Origin: Candidatus Omnitrophota bacterium
GTDB lineage: Bacteria; Omnitrophota; Gorgyraeia; Zapsychrales; JANLHA01
Direction: 5' to 3'
DNA: 32,000 nucleotides
NCBI GenBank assembly: GCA_963662715.1
Contig: OY759724.1
Span: 270,001-302,000, forward strand
The notes below the pieces were generated by a model, which worked only from the letters and a program-made list of their open reading frames with translations, did not search any database and was not told where the DNA came from. Shown one piece after another: positions 8,516-17,753 of the stretch (position 1 is its first letter; each line of letters starts with the position of its first letter). Both the position numbers and the translations under genes were made by a program.

Positions 8516-8941
8516 GTTTTATCTCCATTCATTAAAGTAATAATTTTAGACTTACTTGAAACGAGCTAATGCCATATTTGCCTGAGCATCAAAAATTTTT
8601 TGCGCAGGAACTACCGCAGCTACGATGTTTTCTATCTGTTCTTTTTGAGTACGTTGCTTCCTGACTTTCTGGATAAGCTGCTATGACATCCCTAATATAA
8701 ATTGAAAGCCTCTTTTAAGTTATTATTCGAATAATGCTATTTATATGCCACCGCATAGGCTTGAGCAGATTTGGGAAATTTTTTGATTTTGGTTTTCATA
8801 ATTTTTCCTCTATTTCCCCTTTTTGGATCTAACCCTATCAGAATTCGATTATACTTCATTAAAATTCTTATAATACGGCTTCTCAGTACAATTTTTCTCC
8901 TGAGAAACGTATAGTTGCTATTTGAAACTTGGCATCGACAT

Positions 8942-10903
8942 TTATATTTTCAACAATTTATTCTTCTCCGCATATCGCAAGACGGTCCAGACATAAGCGG
9001 AGTGACTCCACGTGAGAGGCGAAACACAAAGAGGTGAACCAGTTGTCGGGTGAACCTGCTCGGCAAGCACCCCGGACGGAAGCGCATTTTTTCTGCACCA
9101 TTCAAAATAAGGAAGAGTTGCTTGAAGCTGTTCTTGGCTTTCGGCCTGATCGATAAAATATTCTGCTAACCAGAGCGTGGAAATAAACCACGGATTTCCG
9201 GGAATATCTTTTGGACAATCAGCTGTGCGCTGATACACATCCCCTTGGTATCTGGCACATCCTTCAACAGGTGTTTTGAGCCATAACTGATCCCGCACAG
9301 AATTAACGGTCTCAATCATTCGCGAATCTTTGGGATTCAAAACTCCAAGAGTTGCCAAGCTTAACAAACTGATATCAATTACTTCATCAAGCTCATAACC
9401 CCCTTCTACCCTTGAAGCGGAACGGGCATATCTTTTTAAGCTATCATGATAAAGATGTTCCTTAATCCCCCCCACGATTTCATCAGCCACAGCATCATAC
9501 TTTTCAGCCAGGGAAGCGTCTTGAAAAAGTTTTGCAAAATTAGCCGCGGCTCTTAAGCCCGCAATCACTGAGGCCGCCGTATATGCGTGCAGGGCATAAC
9601 GTTCTTCCCAAAGATCATAAGATGGTAACGGCAATAGCGTCTGAGGATCCCGGTAACTGACGAGAAAATCGGCTGCCTTTAGAATAAGGTCATTGTAAAG
9701 AGGTCTAACATATTCTATATCTTTTAAACTCTCATAGTGAATCCAAAGAGCCCATAAAGTTAAAGCCGTTGAGTCTTCCTGTATCGGGAGAACCTCTTTG
9801 CCGTCAATTAACCAAGAATGCCAATTACTAGCAAGAGATCCATCTGGATTGTAATGCTGAAATAAATAACCTTCGTCCGTTAAAACACGGGCGCAGAAAT
9901 CAAAATATTTCATACACGCATGCGTATAACCGGCCTTTGCCAAAGCAGCAGCGACAAAAGCTCCGTCTCGGCCCCACATATATGAATAAGTATCTTTCCC
10001 AAAACGAATAATATCAGAATCATTGGCGGCAATAATAGCTCCGTGATTATCAATTTGGGTTCTTAAGATCAACAGACTTCGGTCAAAAATGTCGGTTACA
10101 GATTTGGGCAAGCATTGGAGGTCTAACGAATCTTTGCCTACCCATGTCTTCCAGTATTGCAACGATCGTTTGAGGAGATCTTCAGGTGTTTTCTCATGAA
10201 CTTCCAAATTAAGCTTGGCGACTTCCGGATAAGTCATCCCCGCTGCTATCCAATAATAGGTCGTTGTTGTCCCTTTCGCAGGCAAATCCAGCCACATGCC
10301 GATGGTAGAATGCGGCGATCCCCACGCACAGGCCTCTCCACTAAGTTCTCCGTTTTCTGTTTCTTTTACTGTTTCCAAATCTCCCGTCACCTCTCTTCTT
10401 CCACATGCAAAATGCTGAACTCCCCACTTGTCATGAGCCCAGCAACTAATCAAAAAATACCGATGAATTTTGTAATGGATTATCGAACAGCTTCGAGGAT
10501 CAAAATAAGCAGTACCTCCAATATCATTTCCATAAAGATTGAATTCATGACTGAAGAAAATACGAACTTCTCGGGCTTTATCTTTTAGATTATTTACTTC
10601 GATTTTTTTGATGTAGATGTTTAAATCCAAATCGATCACATCCGAACATCGGATTTCTAACTCCAAGGTTTCATTCTTTAAAAAAACATCCGTCACAAGA
10701 CTTTTATCTTGATATCTTAAATCCTTTTTCCACTCGCGCTCTATCCTTGAATATTGACCATCCACCCATATGCCAAAGATAAAAGGTTGTCCACTTGAAT
10801 GATTTTCCTGTCCGATAAAAGGATAATAAATATCACGAATTTGATAATTCGAATCAAAGTTCAGAAGAAAAGATCCATTACTTACAGGGATGTCTTTTGG
10901 CAT
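8942..10903 (-). CDS. GH15-family glycoside hydrolase (glucoamylase/trehalase-like)
   Basis: 653 aa with an N-terminal beta-sandwich domain and an (alpha/alpha)6 domain. Motifs YMWGRDGAF and YDLWEER. Confidence 0.85.
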   Translation of the reverse strand: MPKDIPVSNGSFLLNFDSNYQIRDIYYPFIGQENHSSGQPFIFGIWVDGQYSRIEREWKKDLRYQDKSLVTDVFLKNETLELEIRCSDVIDLDLNIYIKKIEVNNLKDKAREVRIFFSHEFNLYGNDIGGTAYFDPRSCSIIHYKIHRYFLISCWAHDKWGVQHFACGRREVTGDLETVKETENGELSGEACAWGSPHSTIGMWLDLPAKGTTTTYYWIAAGMTYPEVAKLNLEVHEKTPEDLLKRSLQYWKTWVGKDSLDLQCLPKSVTDIFDRSLLILRTQIDNHGAIIAANDSDIIRFGKDTYSYMWGRDGAFVAAALAKAGYTHACMKYFDFCARVLTDEGYLFQHYNPDGSLASNWHSWLIDGKEVLPIQEDSTALTLWALWIHYESLKDIEYVRPLYNDLILKAADFLVSYRDPQTLLPLPSYDLWEERYALHAYTAASVIAGLRAAANFAKLFQDASLAEKYDAVADEIVGGIKEHLYHDSLKRYARSASRVEGGYELDEVIDISLLSLATLGVLNPKDSRMIETVNSVRDQLWLKTPVEGCARYQGDVYQRTADCPKDIPGNPWFISTLWLAEYFIDQAESQEQLQATLPYFEWCRKNALPSGVLAEQVHPTTGSPLCVSPLTWSHSAYVWTVLRYAEKNKLLKI

Positions 10904-12078
10904 AATGTCCTTTCGTCTATAATCTGTTGATACAACTCTGCATATTTTCCGGCCATACTAGCGATTGAAAAATTATCTTTAATGTGACGACGACAGTCAC
11001 TGGGACTTATTTTGGAAATTATTTTAAACGCTTCAAGCATATCCTGCATTGAATCCAAGACGAAACCTGTTTTTCCATGAATAACAATTTCCGGTACTGA
11101 GCCTTTATTAAACGCCAATACCGGCGTCCCGCATGCCATAGATTCAATTAAGACAAGTCCAAAAGGTTCACCCCACTGAACAGGAAAAAGTGTTGCTTGG
11201 GCGTGACTGTACCATAGTTTCTTTTGTTCACTATCAATTTCTCCGATATAAATAATTTGTTCTCCTGAATTGAGAATAGGTCTCATAACTTTCTTATAAT
11301 AATCGTTACCAACAAAAGGTCTGTTAGCGTCAGTCACAAAATCAATTGATTTTTCTAATTTCCTAAAAAATACCCGGTCTTTTGTTTTATTCTGGACATT
11401 TCCGGCAAGAATAAGCTGGGAATCTGTTTTCTTTGCAATCTCTATGGCTTTATCTTGCCCTTTATCTTGAGTGATTCTTCCAATCGAAAACAGATAGTCC
11501 TGTTTGCCAGCATTGCTTTTGAACGGATAATCTTCGACATCAATGCCATGATGAATAACCTTTTGCCCATTGACTAAGCCCCGGTGTTGCTTTCTTTGAT
11601 ATTTGCTAATCGGGACAAAATATGCACTAGAAAAAGAATTGAGCGATTCATTCCAACGCTTAAACGACCCTTTTTCTTCTGCCGGGACATGGAGGGTCAT
11701 AACAATCGGCAAAGGACTTTTAAAAACACCTTCAAAAATATATTCTGCCATACACGCATCGTGCATATGGATGATATCAATATCACCTTCTTTTGCTCTT
11801 TGAAGCGACGTAGCAAGATGTTCTCGCATTTGTCCCTGCTGTTTACGAGTGTTTTTGCTACAATATTCGCTGAAGCCATTCTCAATGGTTGTAAAATGTT
11901 CCCCAATAACTGACGAATCACCAGAACAGGCAACAATCGAACGGTGACCCAGTTTATGTAACCCTTTGTCAATGTTATAAATAACCGTCTCAATTGGCCC
12001 ATAACCCAAATCCTGTCTAATTGGCCTGTTTAACGTTGCGATATGGAGTACTGTTATCTTTTTTGTAGTTTTTATCAT
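10882..12078 (-). CDS. GT4-family glycosyltransferase
   Basis: 398 aa with GEPFGLVLIESMACGTPVLA (E-x7-E region). Overlaps the GH15 start by 22 nt and the helicase tail by 62 nt. Confidence 0.85.
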   Translation of the reverse strand: MIKTTKKITVLHIATLNRPIRQDLGYGPIETVIYNIDKGLHKLGHRSIVACSGDSSVIGEHFTTIENGFSEYCSKNTRKQQGQMREHLATSLQRAKEGDIDIIHMHDACMAEYIFEGVFKSPLPIVMTLHVPAEEKGSFKRWNESLNSFSSAYFVPISKYQRKQHRGLVNGQKVIHHGIDVEDYPFKSNAGKQDYLFSIGRITQDKGQDKAIEIAKKTDSQLILAGNVQNKTKDRVFFRKLEKSIDFVTDANRPFVGNDYYKKVMRPILNSGEQIIYIGEIDSEQKKLWYSHAQATLFPVQWGEPFGLVLIESMACGTPVLAFNKGSVPEIVIHGKTGFVLDSMQDMLEAFKIISKISPSDCRRHIKDNFSIASMAGKYAELYQQIIDERTLCQKTSL

Positions 12079-13300
12079 TTGATATTTTTTTCTTATTTGC
12101 GTTAATAAGTTTTATTTTTCTAAATTCTTGTTTAGTTTTTCTGTGAGAGGCATTATCATTATTTTTAACAAATTCAGAACTAGAAAAGTTTGGATGTTTG
12201 GAGCGGGGCAATGTCATTTTTATTAATTTCTCGATTTTGTTAATATCGTGGCTTTGTGCCGGTGTCGCTAAAGTTGCGGAATGTCCTTCTTTTCCGGCCC
12301 GTCCGGTTCGTCCTATCCGGTGCACGTAATTCTCCACATCATCAGATAAGTCATAGTTAACTACTAATTCTATCATCTTAACATCAATGCCTCTGGCGGC
12401 AATGTCCGTGGCCACTAAGACACGGTATCGGCCACGCTTAAACCCTTCAATAGCCTGGTTTCTTTGTCCCATAGAGCGGTTAGAATGGATTTCCGTCGAC
12501 TTAATCCCAAACGCCCGGATATTACGGGCCACGCGGGAAGTTTTATGTTTTGTTCGTGTAAAAACCAACACCGGCCCGCGGTATTGATCCAATAGCATCT
12601 TTAAGACATTATTTTTCAAAGATTCCTTCACAATAAACAGCTCTTGCGAAATATCTTTAACAGTCGTTCCTGACGGGGCAATTTCAACAGTGATCGGTAA
12701 CAGCATATGCTTCGTTGCTAACTTCAAAATATCCGGCGGCATCGTTGCCGAAAAAAGTAAAGTTTGTTTTTTATTGGTAACACACCGTAAAATACTTTCG
12801 ACCTGCGGCGCGAACCCCATATCGAACATCCGGTCAGCTTCATCCAGCACAACGACATGTACTTTTCCCAGATCTATCGTCGCCCTATAAATATGATCGT
12901 TCAGTCTCCCGGGAGTAGCAATAATAACATCGGGATTTCTTTTAAGGCTCGATATTTGTCCAGGCATTTTAACTCCGCCGATTAATACAACACTTCGCAT
13001 CGTGAATGACTTTAAGAATGGACTCAAAGCTTCTTCAATTTGCAAAGCTAATTCTCGCGTAGGAACAAGAATTAAAGCCTGCCCGCCTTCAGATGCCAAA
13101 CGCTGAATAACCGGAATACCAAACGCCATGGTTTTGCCTGTACCTGTTTGAGCGACACCTATGATATCTTTCCCCTCCAAAGCGACAGGAATGGCTTTAT
13201 GTTGTATGGGCGTCGGGGCGATAAATTTTAACTTATTTAATACTTTTAGCATTTCGGGCGCGATGCCTAAATGATAAAATGTTACATTTGATTGACTCAC
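12017..13300 (-). CDS. DEAD-box ATP-dependent RNA helicase with Lys-rich C-terminal tail
   Basis: Q motif PTPIQ, AQTGTGKT, DEAD, SAT, HRIGRTGRAG. Confidence 0.92.
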   Translation of the reverse strand: MSQSNVTFYHLGIAPEMLKVLNKLKFIAPTPIQHKAIPVALEGKDIIGVAQTGTGKTMAFGIPVIQRLASEGGQALILVPTRELALQIEEALSPFLKSFTMRSVVLIGGVKMPGQISSLKRNPDVIIATPGRLNDHIYRATIDLGKVHVVVLDEADRMFDMGFAPQVESILRCVTNKKQTLLFSATMPPDILKLATKHMLLPITVEIAPSGTTVKDISQELFIVKESLKNNVLKMLLDQYRGPVLVFTRTKHKTSRVARNIRAFGIKSTEIHSNRSMGQRNQAIEGFKRGRYRVLVATDIAARGIDVKMIELVVNYDLSDDVENYVHRIGRTGRAGKEGHSATLATPAQSHDINKIEKLIKMTLPRSKHPNFSSSEFVKNNDNASHRKTKQEFRKIKLINANKKKISNDKNYKKDNSTPYRNVKQAN

Positions 13301-13349
13301 AATTCCTCCAAAACGTTTTGTTTATTTTAATATCTTTCCATTGTATAAT

Positions 13350-13499
13350 TTATTTCAAAGTTTCTCCCCGATGGACATTACAATATTCTTCAGAATTATA
13401 AATACTCAACCGCTGTTTACATCCTAACTTTTTACATACTCGTCCACTCTTAAATATTTTAATCTTGCCAGTTTTCTTTGTTTTTCGAGGATGCTTCAT
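13350..13499 (-). CDS. 49-aa basic Zn-ribbon-like microprotein, coupled to infA
   Basis: MKHPRKTKKTGKIKIFKSGRVCKKLGCKQRLSIYNSEEYCNVHRGETLK has a Cx4C...Cx2H pattern. Its ATG begins 2 nt after the infA stop. Below the track length cutoff. Confidence 0.4.
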   Translation of the reverse strand: MKHPRKTKKTGKIKIFKSGRVCKKLGCKQRLSIYNSEEYCNVHRGETLK

Positions 13500-13501
13500 A
13501 T

Positions 13502-13726
13502 TTAGTTTTTGTGCCTAAATGTTATTCTGCCTTTGCTTAAGTCATACGGTGAAAGACCTAGCGTTACCCGGTCTCCGGGGATAATCTTAATAAAAAACTT
13601 CCTCATCTTTCCAGCCGGATAAGCAGTAACCATGTGCCCGTTTTCTAATTCGACCAAAAACTTCGCGTTAGACAACGCTTTCGTGACGATTCCTTCAACT
13701 TCGATAGCATCTTCTTTAGTCATCAT
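13502..13726 (-). CDS. infA: translation initiation factor IF-1
   Basis: 74 aa with [63 protein letters not shown]. Confidence 0.95.
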   Translation of the reverse strand: MMTKEDAIEVEGIVTKALSNAKFLVELENGHMVTAYPAGKMRKFFIKIIPGDRVTLGLSPYDLSKGRITFRHKN

Positions 13727-13743
13727 GAAATCCTGTTATGTTC

Positions 13744-14052
13744 TTAATACCTTCTTTCCCCTCTAAAATTATTGTTCCGAGGATTTCCTCTTCTCCCTCC
13801 ATGCGAACTTCTATTCATCTGAGGCCGGGCTTCATTAATTGTAATTCTGCGGCCCTTAATTTCCGTGATGCCCTGCATCGCGGCTTGCGCTTCTGTTCTA
13901 TTTGGCATTTCTACAAAACCAAAGCCTTTAGAATCCCCTGTAAATTTATCTCTGATGATCTTAACAGATTCAACGTGCCCGAAGCCTCCAAACACTTCCT
14001 GCAAATCATCTCCCGTAACATCATATGAAAAATTACCGATATAAATGTTCAT
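13744..14052 (-). CDS. RRM-type RNA-binding protein with Arg/Gly/Asn-rich tail
   Basis: RNP-2 IYIGNF, RNP-1 KGFGFVEM. Confidence 0.9.
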   Translation of the reverse strand: MNIYIGNFSYDVTGDDLQEVFGGFGHVESVKIIRDKFTGDSKGFGFVEMPNRTEAQAAMQGITEIKGRRITINEARPQMNRSSHGGRRGNPRNNNFRGERRY

Positions 14053-14078
14053 TTCTAAAACTCTCTTTTTTTCTAATT

Positions 14079-14153
14079 TTATTTTTTTTTGTCTTTTTTG
14101 GCCTGCTTCTGTTTATTGCTTTTCGTCTTATCCTTCTTTCCCTTATCTCCCAT
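14079..14153 (-). CDS. possible 24-aa Lys-rich micro-ORF
   Basis: MGDKGKKDKTKSNKQKQAKKDKKK, preceded by AAAGGAG with 7-nt spacing. No other support. Confidence 0.25.
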   Translation of the reverse strand: MGDKGKKDKTKSNKQKQAKKDKKK

Positions 14154-14191
14154 GAGTATTCTCCTTTATGTCGCAGTTATGATTATTATAA

Positions 14192-14394
14192 TTAGCACCG
14201 TCTAATATTAATCGCATCCGCATTAGATCCACCGCCTATTCTTTCAAACCAAACCTGATCTCCGGTTTTTAGACTGCTCCTGTCTCTTCCCACAATATTT
14301 TGCTGTTATTAAAACTGATGATCCAACCCTGCATGTCTGCAATAGTCCCGCCATTGTTATGGCCGGTTATGCTTCTTACTTTCCCCTTTTCTAT
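14192..14394 (-). pseudogene. degraded cold-shock-domain-like paralog (ATA in place of start codon, plus frameshift)
   Basis: AAAGGAG SD followed by ATA GAA AAG GGG AAA GTA (IEKGKVRSITGHNNGGTIADMQGWIISFNNSKILWEETGA). The sequence continues in another frame as LKTGDQVWFERIGGGSNADAINIRRC. Length is 203 nt, not a multiple of 3. Confidence 0.4.
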
Positions 14395-14415
14395 TTATCA
14401 CTCTCCTTTAAAATA

Positions 14416-14688
14416 TTAGTCATAAGAACAATACAAACTGTTCAGATCATATTCTATCTCTTCAATATCATTTTGATGATCTTTTTTTATATATGGACGA
14501 ATGTGAAATGCAAGGCGTCCTTTATAAGACGACTGTATTTCAAATTCAACTTCCTGCCCTTCCATTAATTCAGCGAAAGGTATTTCCCATAAACAGTCCT
14601 TATGAAAATGAAGTTCTTCTCCAATGTCTGCATTTATCTTTCCATATTCTTTATCGTGAAATAATTTCGAGATGGTCCCCACCTGCAT
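14416..14688 (-). CDS. cold-shock-domain-like (OB-fold) small protein with acidic C-terminal extension
   Basis: GTISKLFHDKEYGKINADIGEELHFHKDCL...EGQEVEFEIQSSYKGRLAFHIRP follows the CspA pattern GxVKWFNxxKGFGFI...VFxH...L.EGQxVxF. Confidence 0.6.
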   Translation of the reverse strand: MQVGTISKLFHDKEYGKINADIGEELHFHKDCLWEIPFAELMEGQEVEFEIQSSYKGRLAFHIRPYIKKDHQNDIEEIEYDLNSLYCSYD

Positions 14689-14704
14689 AATATGCCTTTC
14701 TATA

Positions 14705-14904
14705 TTAAGCCTTCCTTATATTGATTGCGATATGGATGTTTTTAATATTATCGACTTCAAAAAAAAACTGAATCCCCTTGAACTAGACCGATCCCTTTCT
14801 ATAATACTCGCAGCATAAAATCTGACATCTACATCTGATGCGCGACTTATTGTTCCCAGGCCACAACTTTTATCATACGATTTGATAATGCCCTTCTCCA
14901 TCAA
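14705..14904 (-). pseudogene. cold-shock-domain-like paralog interrupted at an A9/T9 homopolymer (pseudogene, phase-variable, or sequencing error)
   Basis: MEKGIIKSYDKSCGLGTISRASDVDVRFYAASI... One extra T in the T9 run (plus-strand A9 at 14759-14767) would give ...FFFEVDNIKNIHIAINIRKA*, which parallels VEFEIQSS..LAFHIRP of the neighbouring paralog. Confidence 0.5.
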
Positions 14905-15321
14905 TAGACCCCCTGAAGCGATTATCCATATATGATTCTTTTAAAAAAAATCCAAAACAAACTTAGCTTTAATCCATTAATCGTAAAGTTAATAAAATAA
15001 TAACCTAAAGCCGACCGTTATTTTATCAACCTATCCTATCAATGATGAACTTTCACAAGCTAGAAACCGACATTACAAAACCCCTTCTCTCCAGCTTGGT
15101 TTTTGTCCTCATCTCCAAGATAACACGATCCGGCATGACATAATGAGCTTCTTTAAAATTTTTAAAAAATAAATAGATGAGAATTATGGCAGACTGCCAA
15201 TAGGAATGTATGGTGAGGCCTGTCTTTGGTGGGATATCTATTCAAATTTTATGTTATAAGTATAACATTATATAGAAGCAATAACTATGATTATTTTTGG
15301 ATGGCGAGTTATCTTGAGCGC

Positions 15322-16896
15322 TCAATTGGATTCCTTTAAATGCTTTTTAGCTTCCTTGAGTTTATCTATAAATGGGCCCTTTTTAAATTCTGAAAACCAC
15401 CCCTTTACAACAAACCATCCCGCGAAACGAACAAGGGTATTTCTCCAGGGACGATACCACTTTTTCCACCCCAAGCGAATATTATACAAAAAGAAAATGA
15501 GGGTGGGGAAAAAAAATATATTCAAGCCTATTACAAACACATATTTGAACTGATAGAATTTGCCCATAATCTTCTTTACGGAGTAAAGCATTTCTTCAGC
15601 GGTCATAGGCGCATCTGGTTCAAATACAGGAAAATTGCCATCATAATATTCCCAGCCCACATCTTGTTTCGGGTAAATTCTATTTTGTTTTTTTAAGCGA
15701 TTCCGCAATTCTGTTCCTGGTAAAGGAACCGGCAATAAGACTTGCAGTGTGTCAATTTTTGCTTGTCGGATAAACCTTCTAAAATGCTTTATTCTTTCTT
15801 GAGCTGTCATATGAAAACTTATATTTTCCTTCATCGGATAACCAAAAATAAACATGCCATGGACCAAAAAACCGGACTTATGAAAGAGCCTCGTTAAGTC
15901 GACCATGCCTTGAGGCTTTATATGTTTATTCATGGCGTTCAATTCTTCTTCTATGGGCGATTCGTAACCGATAGCCACCATGTTTATCCCCGCTTTTCGC
16001 ATCGCCGTTAGTAATTCTGTATCTTTAGCTTTATCCAATCGAATCTGAGCCGAAAAATCCAACCTTTTACCAATGCTTTTTTGATAGTGTTCAAGCATTT
16101 GGCAAAATCGTATTGTCTCATTGCGCTGCTGTCCGAACAGATCGTCGACGATAAAAAAATGTCTGGCATCTTTGGTTTCCAAGAGAAAACTAATCTGCTG
16201 AAGAAGCCTCTCCGGTGTCGCAAACCGGGGCTTACCTTTAACGGTGCAAAACTCGCAATTCATGCCACACCCCCGTATTCTTTCCACGGGGTAAACCTTG
16301 ATTTTTGCATACCGCACGAGAGAAAAATCCGGCAGAGGCAGTTTTTCAAAATCGGTCAGCAAAATTCTTTTTTCAGTGATAACGACTTTTTCTTTGCTTT
16401 TGTATGCTATTCCTTTTATTTTAGGTAAATCTGTTTTAGTTTCCAACGCATGGATAAGCTCTTTTATAGTCTCTTCCCCTTCACCGATAACCACATAATC
16501 AATATGCGAATTCAACGCTTCTTCAATATTTTCATCAACAAAGTGTTGCCCGCCTGCGATAGTAATAATCCCCTTGTTTTTATAAAAACGGGCAATATTA
16601 TACAGTCGTGGTATTGTGCTGGTTAATCCGCCATACAATCCAACAACATCCGCTGGTCTCAGTTGTTGCAACAATTCATGGTCAGCCCCTATTGGGGGAC
16701 TTTTGGGGCCATATCGACGAAGATTATTTTCATCAATAACCTCAACATCCCATCTTTCCATTTTATTAACAACACTGGCAATAGACACAGGTCCTAACGC
16801 AGTCGTTTTATTAGCAATATTTGAATAAATATTAAACGTCGGAAAAGCCGGAATGACGATTCTGAATCTGTGTCTTTTCTTTGATTTATTTAACAT
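15322..16896 (-). CDS. class-B (B12-binding domain) radical SAM enzyme with hydrophobic C-terminal segment
   Basis: 524 aa. N-terminal Rossmann-like B12-binding region (VVGLYGGLTS, IITIAGGQHF), CGMNCEFC CxxxCxxC cluster, and C-terminal YVFVIGLNIFFFPTLIFFLY followed by a Trp/Arg-rich amphipathic tail. Confidence 0.85.
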   Translation of the reverse strand: MLNKSKKRHRFRIVIPAFPTFNIYSNIANKTTALGPVSIASVVNKMERWDVEVIDENNLRRYGPKSPPIGADHELLQQLRPADVVGLYGGLTSTIPRLYNIARFYKNKGIITIAGGQHFVDENIEEALNSHIDYVVIGEGEETIKELIHALETKTDLPKIKGIAYKSKEKVVITEKRILLTDFEKLPLPDFSLVRYAKIKVYPVERIRGCGMNCEFCTVKGKPRFATPERLLQQISFLLETKDARHFFIVDDLFGQQRNETIRFCQMLEHYQKSIGKRLDFSAQIRLDKAKDTELLTAMRKAGINMVAIGYESPIEEELNAMNKHIKPQGMVDLTRLFHKSGFLVHGMFIFGYPMKENISFHMTAQERIKHFRRFIRQAKIDTLQVLLPVPLPGTELRNRLKKQNRIYPKQDVGWEYYDGNFPVFEPDAPMTAEEMLYSVKKIMGKFYQFKYVFVIGLNIFFFPTLIFFLYNIRLGWKKWYRPWRNTLVRFAGWFVVKGWFSEFKKGPFIDKLKEAKKHLKESN

Positions 16897-17145
16897 TATT
16901 AGGATTTAATTTTTGTAAATATCAGCTTTTCTTATATCAATTTTGGGCAGCTAGGACTTTTGTGAATTGGGTGGATTAAAAAAACTCTAGACCCAATTCT
17001 AAAAAAAATTTGTATAACCAAATTAATTTCAACTATTTATAGCATTTATCAGCCTCAGCAGTATTTCACCGTAGTGATACGTACGGTCAGCCCACAAATT
17101 TTTAGATAAATTTTTTTCATAAGTATTGAGGTTAATCTATATATT

Positions 17146-17716
17146 TTAAAAATCTATCATAAATGTCTTTCTCATCAAATAATGAGGGATCCTTGATGGC
17201 TCCCCCGGCCGCCGGCGTAATGATCCCGTATCCACATGGATACCAATTGCCAAAGCCGTAGCCACATCAGGCGTGGGAACAATACCGTTCTCCTGTAAAT
17301 ACAAGGCAATAATCGTCGAGGAAGCACCGTATTCACTTCGGATATCAAGAAAGTCAACATCGTCCGGCTTGACTCCCAGGTGATGGTCGATGACGCCTAT
17401 GACCGTTCCCCGTTCGCTAGCAACATTGTCATTACCCTTGCAGCCGTCAACAATGATCACTTGATCTTCTTCCTTAATATCGGCACCTTCCACGTTTCGC
17501 ATGACAATACCCAGGATCTTTAACCATACGTTCAATGGGATTGGTCTGCAACTCTCCTTCATATAGGATCGATGCCTCGATCCCGTTCTTTTTTAAAAAA
17601 TACTGCAACCCGAACGCCGAAGCTACAGCATCAGGATCCGGAAAATCATGAGTCTGTATTAAAACAGCCTTGTCTTTGTTTAAAACGTGAAGTAATCTTT
17701 GTGATTTTGTATTCAT
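17146..17716 (-). pseudogene. DHH-family phosphoesterase (NrnA-like), frameshifted near 17523-17535 and lacking a DHHA1 domain
   Basis: ORFs 17474..17716 and 17146..17562 join as ...NPIERMVK / ILGIVMRNVEG.... Motifs HDFPDPDAVAS, IIVDG and VIDHH are present. The protein ends ~190 aa in, and no DHHA1 region follows. Confidence 0.7.
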
Positions 17717-17753
17717 AAGAACTTACCGGTATTCTTTCTATCCTTTTATCTTC

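Noticed and set aside
8540-8799. Short minus-strand ORFs (MKTKIKKFPKSAQAYAVAYK* with a GAGGA SD, then ..QLIQKVRKQRTQKEQIENIVAAVVPAQKIFDAQANMALARFK*), possibly an eroded small gene or antitoxin
   Set aside because: The pieces are in different frames, are separated by stops, and match no family I can name. They are not reported as a feature.
10157-10588. Plus-strand ORFs antisense to long minus-strand genes, including 3054..3248, 3296..3481, 6612..6848, 8103..8312, 11584..11913, 12387..12587, 16081..16428, 19030..19281, 20221..20466, 21484..21714, 28759..29043 and 31122..31313
   Set aside because: They lie entirely inside well-supported genes on the opposite strand, have low-complexity or odd composition, and carry no motifs. 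They are shadow ORFs.
16964-16999. 9-bp stem hairpin GAATTGGGT...ACCCAATTC between the DHH pseudogene and the radical SAM gene
   Set aside because: It has an 18-nt loop and no T-run on the relevant (minus) strand, so it is not a convincing terminator.
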